The notes under the pieces: generated by a model | What the model was told of the DNA's origin: nothing | Seen by the model: only the letters and a program-made list of their open reading frames with translations | Databases searched by the model: none | Made by a program: the position numbers and the translations under genes | Source: the human T2T-CHM13v2.0 reference genome, Homo sapiens | NCBI RefSeq assembly: GCF_009914755.1 | Contig: NC_060928.1 | Direction: 5' to 3' (one strand) | Length of the DNA: 64,000 nt | Shown: positions 1-13,800 of the stretch, in pieces | Layout: each line of letters begins with the position of its first letter | Numbering within the stretch: the first letter of the stretch is position 1

Positions 1-511
1 TCGTTGGAAACCGAAATATCTTCATATAAAACCAAGACAGAAGCATTCTCGGAAACATCTCTGTGATGTTTGCATTCAACTCAGTAGAGTTGAACACTTC
101 CTTTCATAGAGCAGGTTTGAAACACTCTTTCTGCACTACCTGGAAGCGGACATTTCGGGCGCTTTGAGGCCTATGTTGAAAAAGGAAATATCTTCTCATA
201 AAAACCAGAAAGAAGCATTCTCAGAAACTTCTTTGTGTTGTGTGTACTCAAGTAACAGTGTTGAACCTTCCTTTTGACAGAGCAGTTTTGAAACACTCTT
301 TTGGTAGAATCTGCAAGTGGATATTTGGAGAGCTTTGAGGATTTCGTTGGAAACGGGTTATCTTCATATAAAATCCAGACAGGAGCATTCTCAGAAACTT
401 CTTTGCGCTGTATGTCCTCAATTCACAGAGCTGAACCTTTGTTTGGATACAGCATTTTGGAAATATTCCTTTAGTAGAATCTGCAAGTTGATATTTAGAT
501 AGCTTTGAAGA

Positions 512-528
512 TTTCGTTGGAAACGGGA
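512..528 (+). other. CENP-B box (representative). Typically 7 intact per 14-mer, 8 per 15-mer, 4 per 12-mer
   Basis: TTTCGTTGGAAACGGGA matches the established CENP-B core NTTCGNNNNANNCGGGN. The core is intact in M2, M3, M5, M7, M9, M10, M12 and M14b. It is broken in M14 (AAACCGGA) and M14a (AAAGGGGA). Confidence 0.95.
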
Positions 529-1873
529 ATATCTTCATAGAAAATCTAGACGGAAGCATTCTCATAAACTGCTTTGTGATGTTTGCATTCAAGTCACAGA
601 GTTGAATATTCCCTTTTATAGAGTAGGTTTGAAACACTCTTTCGGCACTACCTGGAAGTGGATATTTCGAGCTCTTTGAGGCCTATGGCTAAAAGGAAAT
701 ATCTTCCCATAAAAACTAGACAGAAGCCGTCTCAGAAACTTGTTTGTGATGTGTGTATTCAACTAACAGAGCTGAACATTTCTGTTACAGAGCAGTTTTA
801 AAACACTCTTTTTGTGGAATCTGAAAGTGGATAATTGGATAGCTTTGTGGATATCGTTGGAAACGGGATGACGTATAAAATCTAGAGAGAAGCATTCTCA
901 GGAACTTCTTTCTGATGTTTGCATTCAAGTCACAGAATTGAACATTCCTTTTCATAGTGCAGGTTTGAAACATTCTTTCTGTAGTATCTGGAAGTGGACA
1001 TTTCAAGCGCTTTCAGGCCTATGGGGAGAAAGGAAATATCTTCAAATTAAAAACTAGACAGAAGGATTCTCAGAAACTTATTTGTGATGTGTGTCCTAAA
1101 CGAACACAGTTGAACCTTTGTTTTGATACAGCATTTTGGAAACACTCCTTTTGTAGAATCTGCAGGTGGATATTTGGATAGATTTTAAGATTTCGTTGGA
1201 AACGGGAATTTCTTCATATAAACTCAAGACAGATGCATTCTCAGAAACTTCTCTGTGATGTTTGCATTCCACTCATAGAGTTGAAAACTTCCTTTCATAG
1301 AGCAGGTTTGAAACACTCTTTTTGTAATATTTGGAAGTGGACATTTGCAGCGCTTTGAGGCCTACGGTGAAAAAGGAAATATCTTCTCATAAAAACCAGA
1401 AACAAGCATTCTCAGAAACTTCTTTTTGATGTGTGTACTCAAGTAACAGAGTTGAACCTTCCTTTTGACACAGCAGTTTTGAAACAATCTTTTTGTAGAA
1501 TCTGCAAGTGGATATTTGGATAGCTTTGAGGATTTCGTTGCAAACGGGATATCTTCATATAAAATCTAGACAGAAGCATTCTCAGAAACTTCTTTGTGCT
1601 GTATGTCCTCAATTAACAGAGTTGAACCATTGCTTGGATACAGCATTTTGGAAACATTCCTTTAGTAGAATCTGCAAGTTGATATTTAGATAGATTTGAA
1701 GATTTCGTTGGAAACGGGAATATCTTCATATAAAATCTAGACGGAAGCATTCTCAGAAACTGCTTTGTGATGTTTCCATTCAAGTCACAGAGTTGAATAT
1801 TCTCTTTTATAGAGCACGTTTGAAACACTCTTTCTGCACTATCTGGAAGTGGACATTTCGAGCGCTTTGAGGC

Positions 1874-1890
1874 CTATGGTGAAAAAGGAA
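1874..1890 (+). other. A-type (pJ-alpha) box position (representative), present in M1, M4, M6, M8, M11 and M13
   Basis: CTATGGTGAAAAAGGAA occupies the CENP-B-box-equivalent position in A-type monomers. The order per 14-mer is ABBABAB-ABBABAB. Confidence 0.8.
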
Positions 1891-4800
1891 ATATCTTCCC
1901 GTAAAAACTAGACAGAAGCATTCTCAGAAACTTGTTTGTGATGTGTGTATTCAACTAACAGAGTTGAACTTTTGTTTTTACAGAGCAGTTTTAAAACACT
2001 CTTTTTGTGGAATCAGAAAGTGGATATTCGGATGGCTCTGAGGATTTCGTTGGAAGCGGGATTACATATAAAATATAGAGAGAAGCATTCTCAGGAACTA
2101 CTTTGTAATGTTTGCATTGAAGTCACAGAATTGAACATTCACTTTTATAGAGCAGGTTTGAAACACTCATTCTGTAGTATCTGGAAGTGGACATTTCAAG
2201 CGCTTTCAGGCCTATGGTGAGAAAGGAAATACCTTCAAATAAAAACTAGACAGAAGCATCCTCAGAAACTTATTTGTGATGTGTGTCCTCAACTAACAGA
2301 GTTGAACCTTTGTTTTGATACAGCATTTTGGAAACACTCCTTTTGTAGAATCTGCAGGTGGATATTTGGATAGCTTTGAAGATTTCGTTGGAAACCGGAA
2401 TATCTTCATATAAAATCAAGACAGAAGCATTCTCGGAAACATCTCTGTGATGTTTGCATTCAACTCAGTAGAGTTGAACACTTCCTTTCATAGAGCAGGT
2501 TTGAAACACTCTTTCTGCACTACCTGGAAGCGGACATTTCGGGCGCTTTGAGGCCTCTGGTGAAAAAGGAAATATCTTCTCATAAAAACCAGAAAGAAGC
2601 ATTCTCAGAAACTTCTTTGTGTTGTGTGTACTCAAGTAACAGTGTTGAACCTTCCTTTTGACAGAGCAGTTTTGAAACACTCTTTTGGTAGAATCTGCAA
2701 GTGGATATTTGGAGAGCTTTGAGGATTTCGTTGGAAACGGGTTATCTTCATATAAAATCCAGACAGGAGCATTCTCAGAAACTTCTTTGTGCTGTATGTC
2801 CTCAATTCACAGAGCTGAACCTTTGTTTGGATACAGCATTTTGGAGACATTCCTTTAGTAGAATCTGCAAGTTGATATTTAGATAGCTTTGAAGATTTCG
2901 TTGGAAACGGGAATATCTTCATAGAAAATCTAGACGGAAGCATTCTCATAAACTGCTTTCTGATGTTTGCATTCAAGTCACAGAGTTGAATATTCCCTTT
3001 TATAGAGTAGGTTTGAAACACTCTTTCGGCACTGCCTGGAAGTGGATATTTCGAGCTCTTTGAGGCCTATGGTTAAAAGGAAATATCTTCCCATAAAAAC
3101 TAGACAGAAGCCGTCTCAGAAACTTGTTTGTGATGTGTGTATTCAACTAACAGAGCTGAACATTTCTGTTACAGAGCAGTTTTAAAACACTCTTTTTGTG
3201 GAATCTGAAAGTGGATAATTGGATAGCTTTGTGGATTTCGTTGGAAACGGGATGACGTATAAAATCAAGAGAGAAGCATTCTCAGGAACTTCTTTCTGAT
3301 GTTTGCATTCAAGTCACAGAATTGAACATTCCTTTTCATAGTGCAGGTTTGAAACACTCTTTCTGTAGTATCTGGAAGTGGACATTTCAAGCGCTTTCAG
3401 GCCTATGGGGAGAAAGGAAATATTTTCAAATTAAAAACTAGACAGAAGGATTCTCAGAAACTTATTTGTGATGTGTGTCCTAAACGAACACAGTTGAACC
3501 TTTGTTTTGATACAGCATTTTGGAAACACTCCTTTTGTAGAATCTGCAGGTGGATATTTGGATAGATTTTAAGATTTCGTTGGGAACGGGAATTTCTTCA
3601 TATAAACTCAAGACAGATGCATTCTCAGAAACTTCTCTGTGATGTTTGCATTCCACTCATAGAGTTCAAAACTGCCTTTCATAGAGCACGTTTGAAACAC
3701 TCATTTGTAATATTTGGAAGTGGACATTTGCAGCGCTTTGAGGCCTATGGTGAAAAAGGAAATATCTTCTCATAAAAACCAGAAACAAGCATTCTCAGAA
3801 ACTTCTTTTTGATGTGTGTACTCAAGTAACAGAGTTGAACCTTCCTTTTGACACAGCAGTTTTGAAACAATCTTTTTGTAGAATCTGCAAGTGGATATTT
3901 GGATAGCTTTGAGGATTTCGTTGCAAACGGGATATCTTCATATAAAACCTAGACAGAAGCATTCTCAGAAACTTCTTTGTGCTGTATGTCCTCAATTAAC
4001 AGAGTTGAACCATTGCTTGGATACAGCATTTTGGAAACATTCTTTTAGTAGAATCTGCAAGTTGATATTTAGATAGATTTGAAGATTTCGTTGGAAACGG
4101 GAATATCTTCATATAAAATCTAGACGGAAGCATTCTCAGAAACTGCTTTGTGATGTTTCCATTCAAGTCACAGAGTTGAATATTCTCTTTTATAGAGCAC
4201 GTTTGAAACACTTTTTCTGCACTATCTGGAAGTGGACATTTCGAGCGCTTTGAGGCCTATGGTGAAAAAGGAAATATCTTCCCGTAAAAACTAGACAGAA
4301 GCATTCTCAGAAACTTGTTTGTGATGTGTGTATTCAACTAACAGAGTTGAACTTTTGTTTTTACAGAGCAGTTTTAAAACACTCTTTTTGTGGAATCAGA
4401 AAGTGGACATTCGGATGGCTCTGAGGATTTCGTTGGAAGCGGGATTACATATAAAATCTAGAGAGAAGCATTCTCAGGAACTACTTTGTGATGTTTGCAT
4501 TGAAGTCACAGAATTGAACATTCACTTTTATAGAGCAGGTTTGAAACACTCATTCTGTAGTATCTGGCAGTGGACATTTCAAGCGCTTTCAGGCCTATGG
4601 TGAGAAAGGAAATACCTTCAAATAAAAAGTAGACAGAAGCATCCTCAGAAACTTATTTGTGATGTGTGTCCTCAACTAACAGAGTTGAACCTTTGTTTTG
4701 ATACAGCATTTTGGAAACACTCCTTTTGTAGAATCTGCAGGTGGATATTTGGATAGCTTTGAAGATTTCGTTGGAAACCGGAATATCTTCATATACAATC

Positions 4801-7800
4801 AAGACAGAAGCATTCTCGGAAACATCTCTGTGATGTTTGCATTCATCTCAGTAGAGTTGAACACTTCCTTTCATAGAGCAGGTTTGAAACACTCTTTCTG
4901 CACTCCCTGGAAGCGGACATTTCGGGCGCTTTGAGGCCTCTGGTGAAAAAGGAAATATCTTCTCATAAAAACCAGAAAGAAGCATTCTCAGAAACTTCTT
5001 TGTGTTGTGTGTACTCAAGTAACAGTGTTGAACCTTCCTTTTGACAGAGCAGTTTTGAAACACTCTTTTGGTAGAATCTGCAAGTGGATATTTGGAGAGC
5101 TTTGAGGATTTCGTTGGAAACGGGTTATCTTCATATAAAATCCAGACAGGAGCATTCTCAGAAACTTCTTTGTGCTGTATGTCCTCAATTCACAGAGCTG
5201 AACCTTTGTTTGGATACAGCATTTTGGAGACATTCCTTTAGTAGAATCTGCAAGTTGATATTTAGATAGCTTTGAAGATTTCGTTGGAAACGGGAATAAC
5301 TTCATAGAAAATCTAGACGGAAGCATTCTCATAAACTGCTTTGTGATGTTTGCATTCAAGTCACAGAGTTGAATATTCCCTTTTATAGAGTAGGTTTGAA
5401 ACACTCTTTCGGCACAACCTGGAAGTGGATATTTCGAGCTGTTTGAGGCCTATGGTTAAAAGGAAATATCTTCCCATAAAAACTAGACAGAAGCCGTCTC
5501 AGAAACTTGTTTGTGATGTGTGTATTCAAATAACAGAGCTGAACATTTCTGTTACAGAGCAGTTTTAAAACACTCTTTTTGTGGAATCTGAAAGTGGATA
5601 ATTGGATAGCTTTGTGGATTTCTTTGGAAACGGGATGACGTATAAAATCTAGAGAGAAGCATTCTCAGGAACTTCTTTCTGATGTTTGCATTCAAGTCAC
5701 AGAATTGAACATTCCTTTTCATAGTGCAGGTTTGAAACACTCTTTCTGTAGTATCTGGAAGTGGACATTTCAAGCGCTTTCAGGCCTATAGGGAGAAAGG
5801 AAATATCTTCAAATTAAAAACTAGACAGAAGGATTCTCAGAAACTTATTTGTGATGTGTGTCCTAAACGAACACATTTGAACCTTTGTTTTGATACAGCA
5901 TTTTGGAAACACTCCTTTTGTAGAATCTGCAGGTGGATATTTGGATAGATTTTAAGATTTCGTTGGAAAGGGGAATTTCTTCATATAAACTCAAGACAGA
6001 TGCATTCTCAGAAACTTCTCTGTGATGTTTGCATTCCACTCATAGAGTTGAAAACTTCCTTTCATAGAGCACGTTTGAAACACTCTTTTTGTAATATTTG
6101 GAAGTGGACATTTGCAGCGCTTTGAGGCCTATGGTGAAAAAGGAAATATCTTCTCATAAAAACCAGAAACAAGCATTCTCAGAAACTTCTTTTTGATGTG
6201 TGTACTCAAGTAACAGAGTTGAACCTTCCTTTTGACACAGCAGTTTTGAAACAATCTTTTTGTAGAATCTGCAAGTGGATATTTGGATAGCTTTGAGGAT
6301 TTCGTTGCAAACGGGATATCTTCATATAAAATCGAGACAGAAGCATTCTCAGAAACTTCTTTGTGCTGTATGTCCTCAATTAACAGAGTTGAACCATTGC
6401 TTGGATACAGCATTTTGGAAACATTCCTTTAGTAGAATCTGCAAGTTGATATTTAGATAGGTTTGAAGATTTCGTTGGAAACGGGAATATCTTCATATAA
6501 AATCTAGACGGAAGCATTCTCAGAAACTGCTTTGTGATGTTTCCATTCAAGTCACAGAGTTGAATATTCTCTTTTATAGAGCACGTTTGAAACACTCTTT
6601 CTGCACTATCTGGAAGTGGACATTTCGAGCGCTTTGAGGCCTATGGTGAAAAAGGAAATATCTTCCCGTAAAAACTAGACAGAAGCATTCTCAGAAACTT
6701 GTTTGTGATGTGTGTATTCAACTAACAGAGTTGAACTTTTGTTTTTACAGAGCAGTTTTAAAACACTCTTTTTGTGGAATCAGAAAGTGGATATTCGGAT
6801 GGCTCTGAGGATTTCGTTGGAAGCGGGATTACATATAAAATCTAGAGAGAAGCATTCTCAGGAACTACTTTGTAATGTTTGCATTGAAGTCACAGAATTG
6901 AACATTCACTTTTATAGAGCAGGTTTGAAACACTCATTCTGTAGTATCTGGAAGTGGACATTTCAAGCGCTTTCAGGCCTATGGTGAGAAAGGAAATACC
7001 TTCAAATAAAAACCAGACAGAAGCATCCTCAGAAACTTATTTGTGATGTGTGTCCTCAACTAACAGAGTTGAACCTTTGTTTTGATACAGCATTTTGGAA
7101 ACACTCCTTTTGTAGAATCTGCAGGTGGATATTTGGATAGCTTTGAAGATTTCGTTGGAAACCGGAATATCTTCATATAAAATCAAGACAGAAGCATTCT
7201 CGGAAACATCTCTGTGATGTTTGCATTCAACTCAGTAGAGTTGAACACTTCCTTTCATAGAGCAGGTTTGAAACACTCTTTCTGCACTACCTGGAAGCGG
7301 ACATTTCGGGCGCTTTGAGGCCTCTGGTGAAAAAGGAAATATCTTCTCATAAAAACCAGAAAGAAGCATTCTCAGAAACTTCTTTGTGTTGTGTGTACTC
7401 AAGTAACAGTGTTGAACCTTCCTTTTGACAGAGCAGTTTTGAAACACTCTTTTGGTAGAATCTGCAAGTGGATATTTGGAGAGCTTTGAGGATTTCGTTG
7501 GAAACAGGTTATCTTCATATAAAATCCAGACAGGAGCATTCTCAGAAACTTCTTTGTGCTGTATGTCCTCAATTCACAGAGCTGAACCTTTGTTTGGATA
7601 CAGCATTTTGGAGACATTCCTTTAGTAGAATCTGCAAGTTGATATTTAGATAGCTTTGAAGATTTCGTTGGAAACGGGAATATCTTCATAGAAAATCTAG
7701 ACGGAAGCATTCTCATAAACTGCTTTGTGATGTTTGCATTCAAGTCACAGAGTTGAATATTCCCTTTTATAGAGAGGTTTGAAACACTCTTTCGGCACTA

Positions 7801-10800
7801 CCTGGAAGTGGATATTTCGAGCTCTTTGAGGCCTATGGTTAAAAGGAAATATCTTCCCATAAAAACTAGACAGAAGCCGTCTCAGAAACTTGTTTGTGAT
7901 GTGTGTATTCAACTAACAGAGCTGAACATTTCTGTTACAGAGCAGTTTTAAAACACTCTTTTTGTGGAATCTGAAAGTGGATAATTGGATAGCTTTGTGG
8001 ATTTCGTTGGAAACGGGATGACGTATAAAATCTAGAGAGAAGCATTCTCAGGAACTTCTTTCTGATGTTTGCATTCAAGTCACAGAATTGAACATTCCTT
8101 TTCATAGTGCAGGTTTGAAACACTCTTTCTGTAGTATCTGGAAGTGGACATTTCAAGCGCTTTCAGGCCTATGGGGAGAAAGGAAATATCTTCAAATTAA
8201 AAACTAGACAGAAGGATTCTCAGAAACTTATTTGTGATGTGTGTCCTAAACGAACACAGTTGAACCTTTGTTTTGATACAGCATTTTGGAAACACTCCTT
8301 TTGTAGAATCTGCAGGTGGATATTTGGATAGATTTTAAGATTTCGTTGGAAATGGGAATTTCTTCATATAAACTCAAGAGAGATGCATTCTCAGAAACTT
8401 CTCTGTGATGTTTGCATTCCACTCATAGAGTTGAAAACTTCCTTTCATAGAGCACGTTTGAAACACTCTTTTTGTAATATTTGGAAGTGGACCTTTGCAG
8501 CGCTTTGAGGCCTATGGTGAAAAAGGAAATATCTTCTCATAAAAACCAGAAACAAGCATTCTCAGAAACTTCTTTTTGATGTGTGTACTCAAGTAACAGA
8601 GTTGAACCTTCCTTTTGACACAGCAGTTTTGAAACAATCTTTTTGTAGAATCTGCAAGTGGATATTTGGATAGCTTTGAGGATTTCGTTGCAAACGGGAT
8701 ATCTTCATATAAAACCTAGACAGAAGCATTCTCAGAAACTTCGTTGTGCTGTATGTCCTCAATTAACAGAGTTGAACCATTGCTTGGATACAGCATTTTG
8801 GAAACATTCCTTTAGTAGAATCTGCAAGTTGATATTTAGATAGATTTGAAGATTTCGTTGGAAACGGGAATATCTTCATATAAAATCTAGACGGAAGCAT
8901 TCTCAGAAACTGCTTTGTGATGTTTCCATTCAAGTCACAGAGTTGATTATTCTCTTTTATAGAGCACGTTTGAAACACTCTTTCTGCACTATCTGGAAGT
9001 GGACATTTCGAGCGCTTTGAGGCCTATGGTGAAAAAGGAAATATCTTCCCATAAAAACTAGACAGAAGCATTCTCAGAAACTTGTATGTGATGTGTGTAT
9101 TCAACTAACAGAGTTGAACTTTTGTTTTTACAGAGCAGTTTTAAAACACTCTTTTTGTGGATTCAGAAAGTGGATATTCGGATGGCTCTGAGGATTTCGT
9201 TGGAAGCGGGATTACATATAAAATCTAGAGAGAAGCATTCTCAGGAACTTCTTTGTGATGTTTGCATTGAAGTCACAGAATTGAACATTCACTTTTATAG
9301 AGCAGGTTTGAAACACTCATTCTGTAGTATCTGGAATTGGACATTTCAAGCGCTTTCAGGCCTATGGTGAGAAAGGAAATACCTTCAAATAAAAACCAGA
9401 CAGAAGCATCCTCAGAAACTTATTTGTGATGTGTGTCCTCAACTAACAGAGTTGAACCTTTGTTTTGATACAGCAATTTGGAAACACTCCTTTTGGAGAA
9501 TCTGCAGGTGGATATTTGGATAGCTTTGAAGATTTCGTTGGAAACCGGAATATCTTCATATAAAATCAAGACAGAAGCATTCTCGGAAACATCTCTGTGA
9601 TGTTTGCATTCAACTCAGTAGAGTTGAACACTTCCTTTCATAGAGCAGGTTTGAAACACTCTTTCTGCACTACCTGGAAGCGGACATTTCGGGCGCTTTG
9701 AGGCCTATGGTGAAAAAGGAAATATCTTCTCATAAAAACCAGAAAGAAGCATTCTCAGAAACTTCTTTGTGTTGTGTGTACTCAAGTAACAGTGTTGAAC
9801 CTTCCTTTTGTCAGAGCAGTTTTGAAACACTCTTTTGGTAGAATCTGCAAGTGGATATTTGGAGAGCTTTGAGGATTTCGTTGGAAACGGGTTATCTTCA
9901 TATAAAATCCAGACAGGAGCATTCTCAGAAACTTCTTTGTGCTGTATGTCCTCAATTCACAGAGCTGAACCTTTGTTTGGATACAGCATTTTGGAGACAT
10001 TCCTTTAGTAGAATCTGCAAGTTGATATTTAGATAGCTTTGAAGATTTCGTTGGAAACGGGAATATCTTCATAGAAAATCTAGACGGAAGCATTCTCATA
10101 AACTGCTTTGTGATGTTTGCATTCAAGTCACAGAGTTGAATATTCCCTTTTATAGAGAGGTTTGAAACACTCTTTCGGCACTACCTGGAAGTGGATATTT
10201 CGAGCTCTTTGAGGCCTATGGTTAAAAGGAAATATCTTCCCATAAAAACTAGACAGAAGCCGTCTCAGAAACTTGTTTGTGATGTGTGTATTCAACTAAC
10301 AGAGCTGAACATTTCTGTTACAGAGCAGTTTTAAAACACTCTTTTTGTGGAATCTGAAAGTGGATAATTGGATAGCTTTGTGGATTTCGTTGGAAACGGG
10401 ATGACGTATAAAATCTAGAGAGAAGCATTCTCAGGAACTTCTTTCTGATGTTTGCATTCAAGTCACAGAATTGAACATTCCTTTTCATAGTGCAGGTTTG
10501 AAACACTCTTTCTGTAGTATCTGGAAGTGGACATTTCAAGCGCTTTCAGGCCTATGGGGAGAAAGGAAATATCTTCAAATTAAAAACTAGACAGAAGGAT
10601 TCTCAGAAACTTATTTGTGATGTGTGTCCTAAACGAACACAGTTGAACCTTTGTTTTGATACAGCATTTTGGAAACACTCCTTTTGTAGAATCTGCAGGT
10701 GGATATTTGGATAGATTTTAAGATTTCGTTGGAAATGGGAATTTCTTCATATAAACTCAAGAGAGATGCATTCTCAGAAACTTCTCTGTGATGTTTGCAT

Positions 10801-13800
10801 TCCACTCATAGAGTTGAAAACTTCCTTTCATAGAGCACGTTTGAAACACTCTTTTTGTAATATTTGGAAGTGGACCTTTGCAGCGCTTTGAGGCCTATGG
10901 TGAAAAAGGAAATATCTTCTCATAAAAACCAGAAACAAGCATTCTCAGAAACTTCTTTTTGATGTGTGTACTCAAGTAACAGAGTTGAACCTTCCTTTTG
11001 ACACAGCAGTTTTGAAACAATCTTTTTGTAGAATCTGCAAGTGGATATTTGGATAGCTTTGAGGATTTCGTTGCAAACGGGATATCTTCATATAAAACCT
11101 AGACAGAAGCATTCTCAGAAACTTCGTTGTGCTGTATGTCCTCAATTAACAGAGTTGAACCATTGCTTGGATACAGCATTTTGGAAACATTCCTTTAGTA
11201 GAATCTGCAAGTTGATATTTAGATAGATTTGAAGATTTCGTTGGAAACGGGAATATCTTCATATAAAATCTAGACGGAAGCATTCTCTGAAACCGCTTTG
11301 TGATGTTTCCATTCAAGTCACAGAGTTGATTATTCTCTTTTATAGAGCACGTTTGAAACACTCTTTCTGCACTATCTGGAAGTGGACATTTCGTGCGCTT
11401 TGAGGCCTATGGTGAAAAAGGAAATATCTTCCCATAAAAACTAGACAGAAGCATTCTCAGAAACTTGTATGTGATGTGTGTATTCAACTAACAGAGTTGA
11501 ACTTTTGTTTTTACAGAGCAGTTTTAAAACACTCTTTTTGTGGATTCAGAAAGTGGATATTCGGATGGCTCTGAGGATTTCGTTGGAAGCGGGATTACAT
11601 ATAAAATCTAGAGAGAAGCATTCTCAGGAACTTCTTTGTGATGTTTGCATTGAAGTCACAGAATTGAACATTCACTTTTATAGAGCAGGTTTGAAACACT
11701 CATTCTGTAGTATCTGGAATTGGACATTTCAAGCGCTTTCAGGCCTATGGTGAGAAAGGAAATACCTTCAAATAAAAACCAGACAGAAGCATCCTCAGAA
11801 ACTTATTTGTGATGTGTGTCCTCAACTAACAGAGTTGAACCTTTGTTTTGATACAGCAATTTGGAAACACTCCTTTTGGAGAATCTGCAGGTGGATATTT
11901 GGATAGCTTTGAAGATTTCGTTGGAAACCGGAATATCTTCATATAAAATCAAGACAGAAGCATTCTCGGAAACATCTCTGTGATGTTTGCATTCAACTCA
12001 GTAGAGTTGAACACTTCCTTTCATAGAGCAGGTTTGAAACACTCTTTCTGCACTACCTGGAAGCGGACATTTCGGGCGCTTTGAGGCCTATGGTGAAAAA
12101 GGAAATATCTTCTCATAAAAACCAGAAAGAAGCATTCTCAGAAACTTCTTTGTGTTGTGTGTACTCAAGTAACAGTGTTGAACCTTCCTTTTGACAGAGC
12201 AGTTTTGAAACACTCTTTTGGTAGAATCTGCAAGTGGATATTTGGAGAGCTTTGAGGATTTCGTTGGAAACGGGTTATCTTCATATAAAATCCAGACAGG
12301 AGCATTCTCAGAAACTTCTTTGTGCTGTATGTCCTCAATTCACAGAGCTGAACCTTTGTTTGGATACAGCATTTTGGAGACATTCCTTTAGTAGAATCTG
12401 CAAGTTGATATTTAGATAGCTTTGAAGATTTCGTTGGAAACGGGAATATCTTCATAGAAAATCTAGACGGAAGCATTCTCATAAACTGCTTTGTGATGTT
12501 TGCATTCAAGTCACAGAGTTGAATATTCCCTTTTATAGAGAGGTTTGAAACACTCTTTCGGCACTACCTGGAAGTGGATATTTCGAGCTCTTTGAGGCCT
12601 ATGGTTAAAAGGAAATATCTTCCCATAAAAACTAGACAGAAGCCGTCTCAGAAACTTGTTTGTGATGTGTGTATTCAACTAACAGAGCTGAACATTTCTG
12701 TTACAGAGCAGTTTTAAAACACTCTTTTTGTGGAATCTGAAAGTGGATAATTGGATAGCTTTGTGGATTTCGTTGGAAACGGGATGACGTATAAAATCTA
12801 GAGAGAAGCATTCTCAGGAACTTCTTTCTGATGTTTGCATTCAAGTCACAGAATTGAACATTCCTTTTCATAGTGCAGGTTTGAAACACTCTTTCTGTAG
12901 TATCTGGAAGTGGACATTTCAAGCGCTTTCAGGCCTATGGGGAGAAAGGAAATATCTTCAAATTAAAAACTAGACAGAAGGATTCTCAGAAACTTATTTG
13001 TGATGTGTGTCCTAAACGAACACAGTTGAACCTTTGTTTTGATACAGCATTTTGGAAACACTCCTTTTGTAGAATCTGCAGGTGGATATTTGGATAGATT
13101 TTAAGATTTCGTTGGAAATGGGAATTTCTTCATATAAACTCAAGAGAGATGCATTCTCAGAAACTTCTCTGTGATGTTTGCATTCCACTCATAGAGTTGA
13201 AAACTTCCTTTCATAGAGCACGTTTGAAACACTCTTTTTGTAATATTTGGAAGTGGACCTTTGCAGCGCTTTGAGGCCTATGGTGAAAAAGGAAATATCT
13301 TCTCATAAAAACCAGAAACAAGCATTCTCAGAAACTTCTTTTTGATGTGTGTACTCAAGTAACAGAGTTGAACCTTCCTTTTGACACAGCAGTTTTGAAA
13401 CAATCTTTTTGTAGAATCTTTAAGTGGATATTTGGATAGCTTTGAGGATTTCGTTGCAAACGGGATATCTTCATATAAAACCTAGACAGAAGCATTCTCA
13501 GAAACTTCGTTGTGCTGTATGTCCTCAATTAACAGAGTTGAACCATTGCTTGGATACAGCATTTTGGAAACATTCCTTTAGTAGAATCTGCAAGTTGATA
13601 TTTAGATAGATTTGAAGATTTCGTTGGAAACGGGAATATCTTCATATAAAATCTAGACGGAAGCATTCTCAGAAACCGCTTTGTGATGTTTCCATTCAAG
13701 TCACAGAGTTGATTATTCTCTTTTATAGAGCACGTTTGAAACACTCTTTCTGCACTATCTGGAAGTGGACATTTCGAGCGCTTTGAGGCCTATGGTGAAA

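Noticed and set aside
1534-1550. M9 box variant TTTCGTTGCAAACGGGA as a lost CENP-B site
   Set aside because: The G-to-C change is at a non-core N position, so it was counted as intact.
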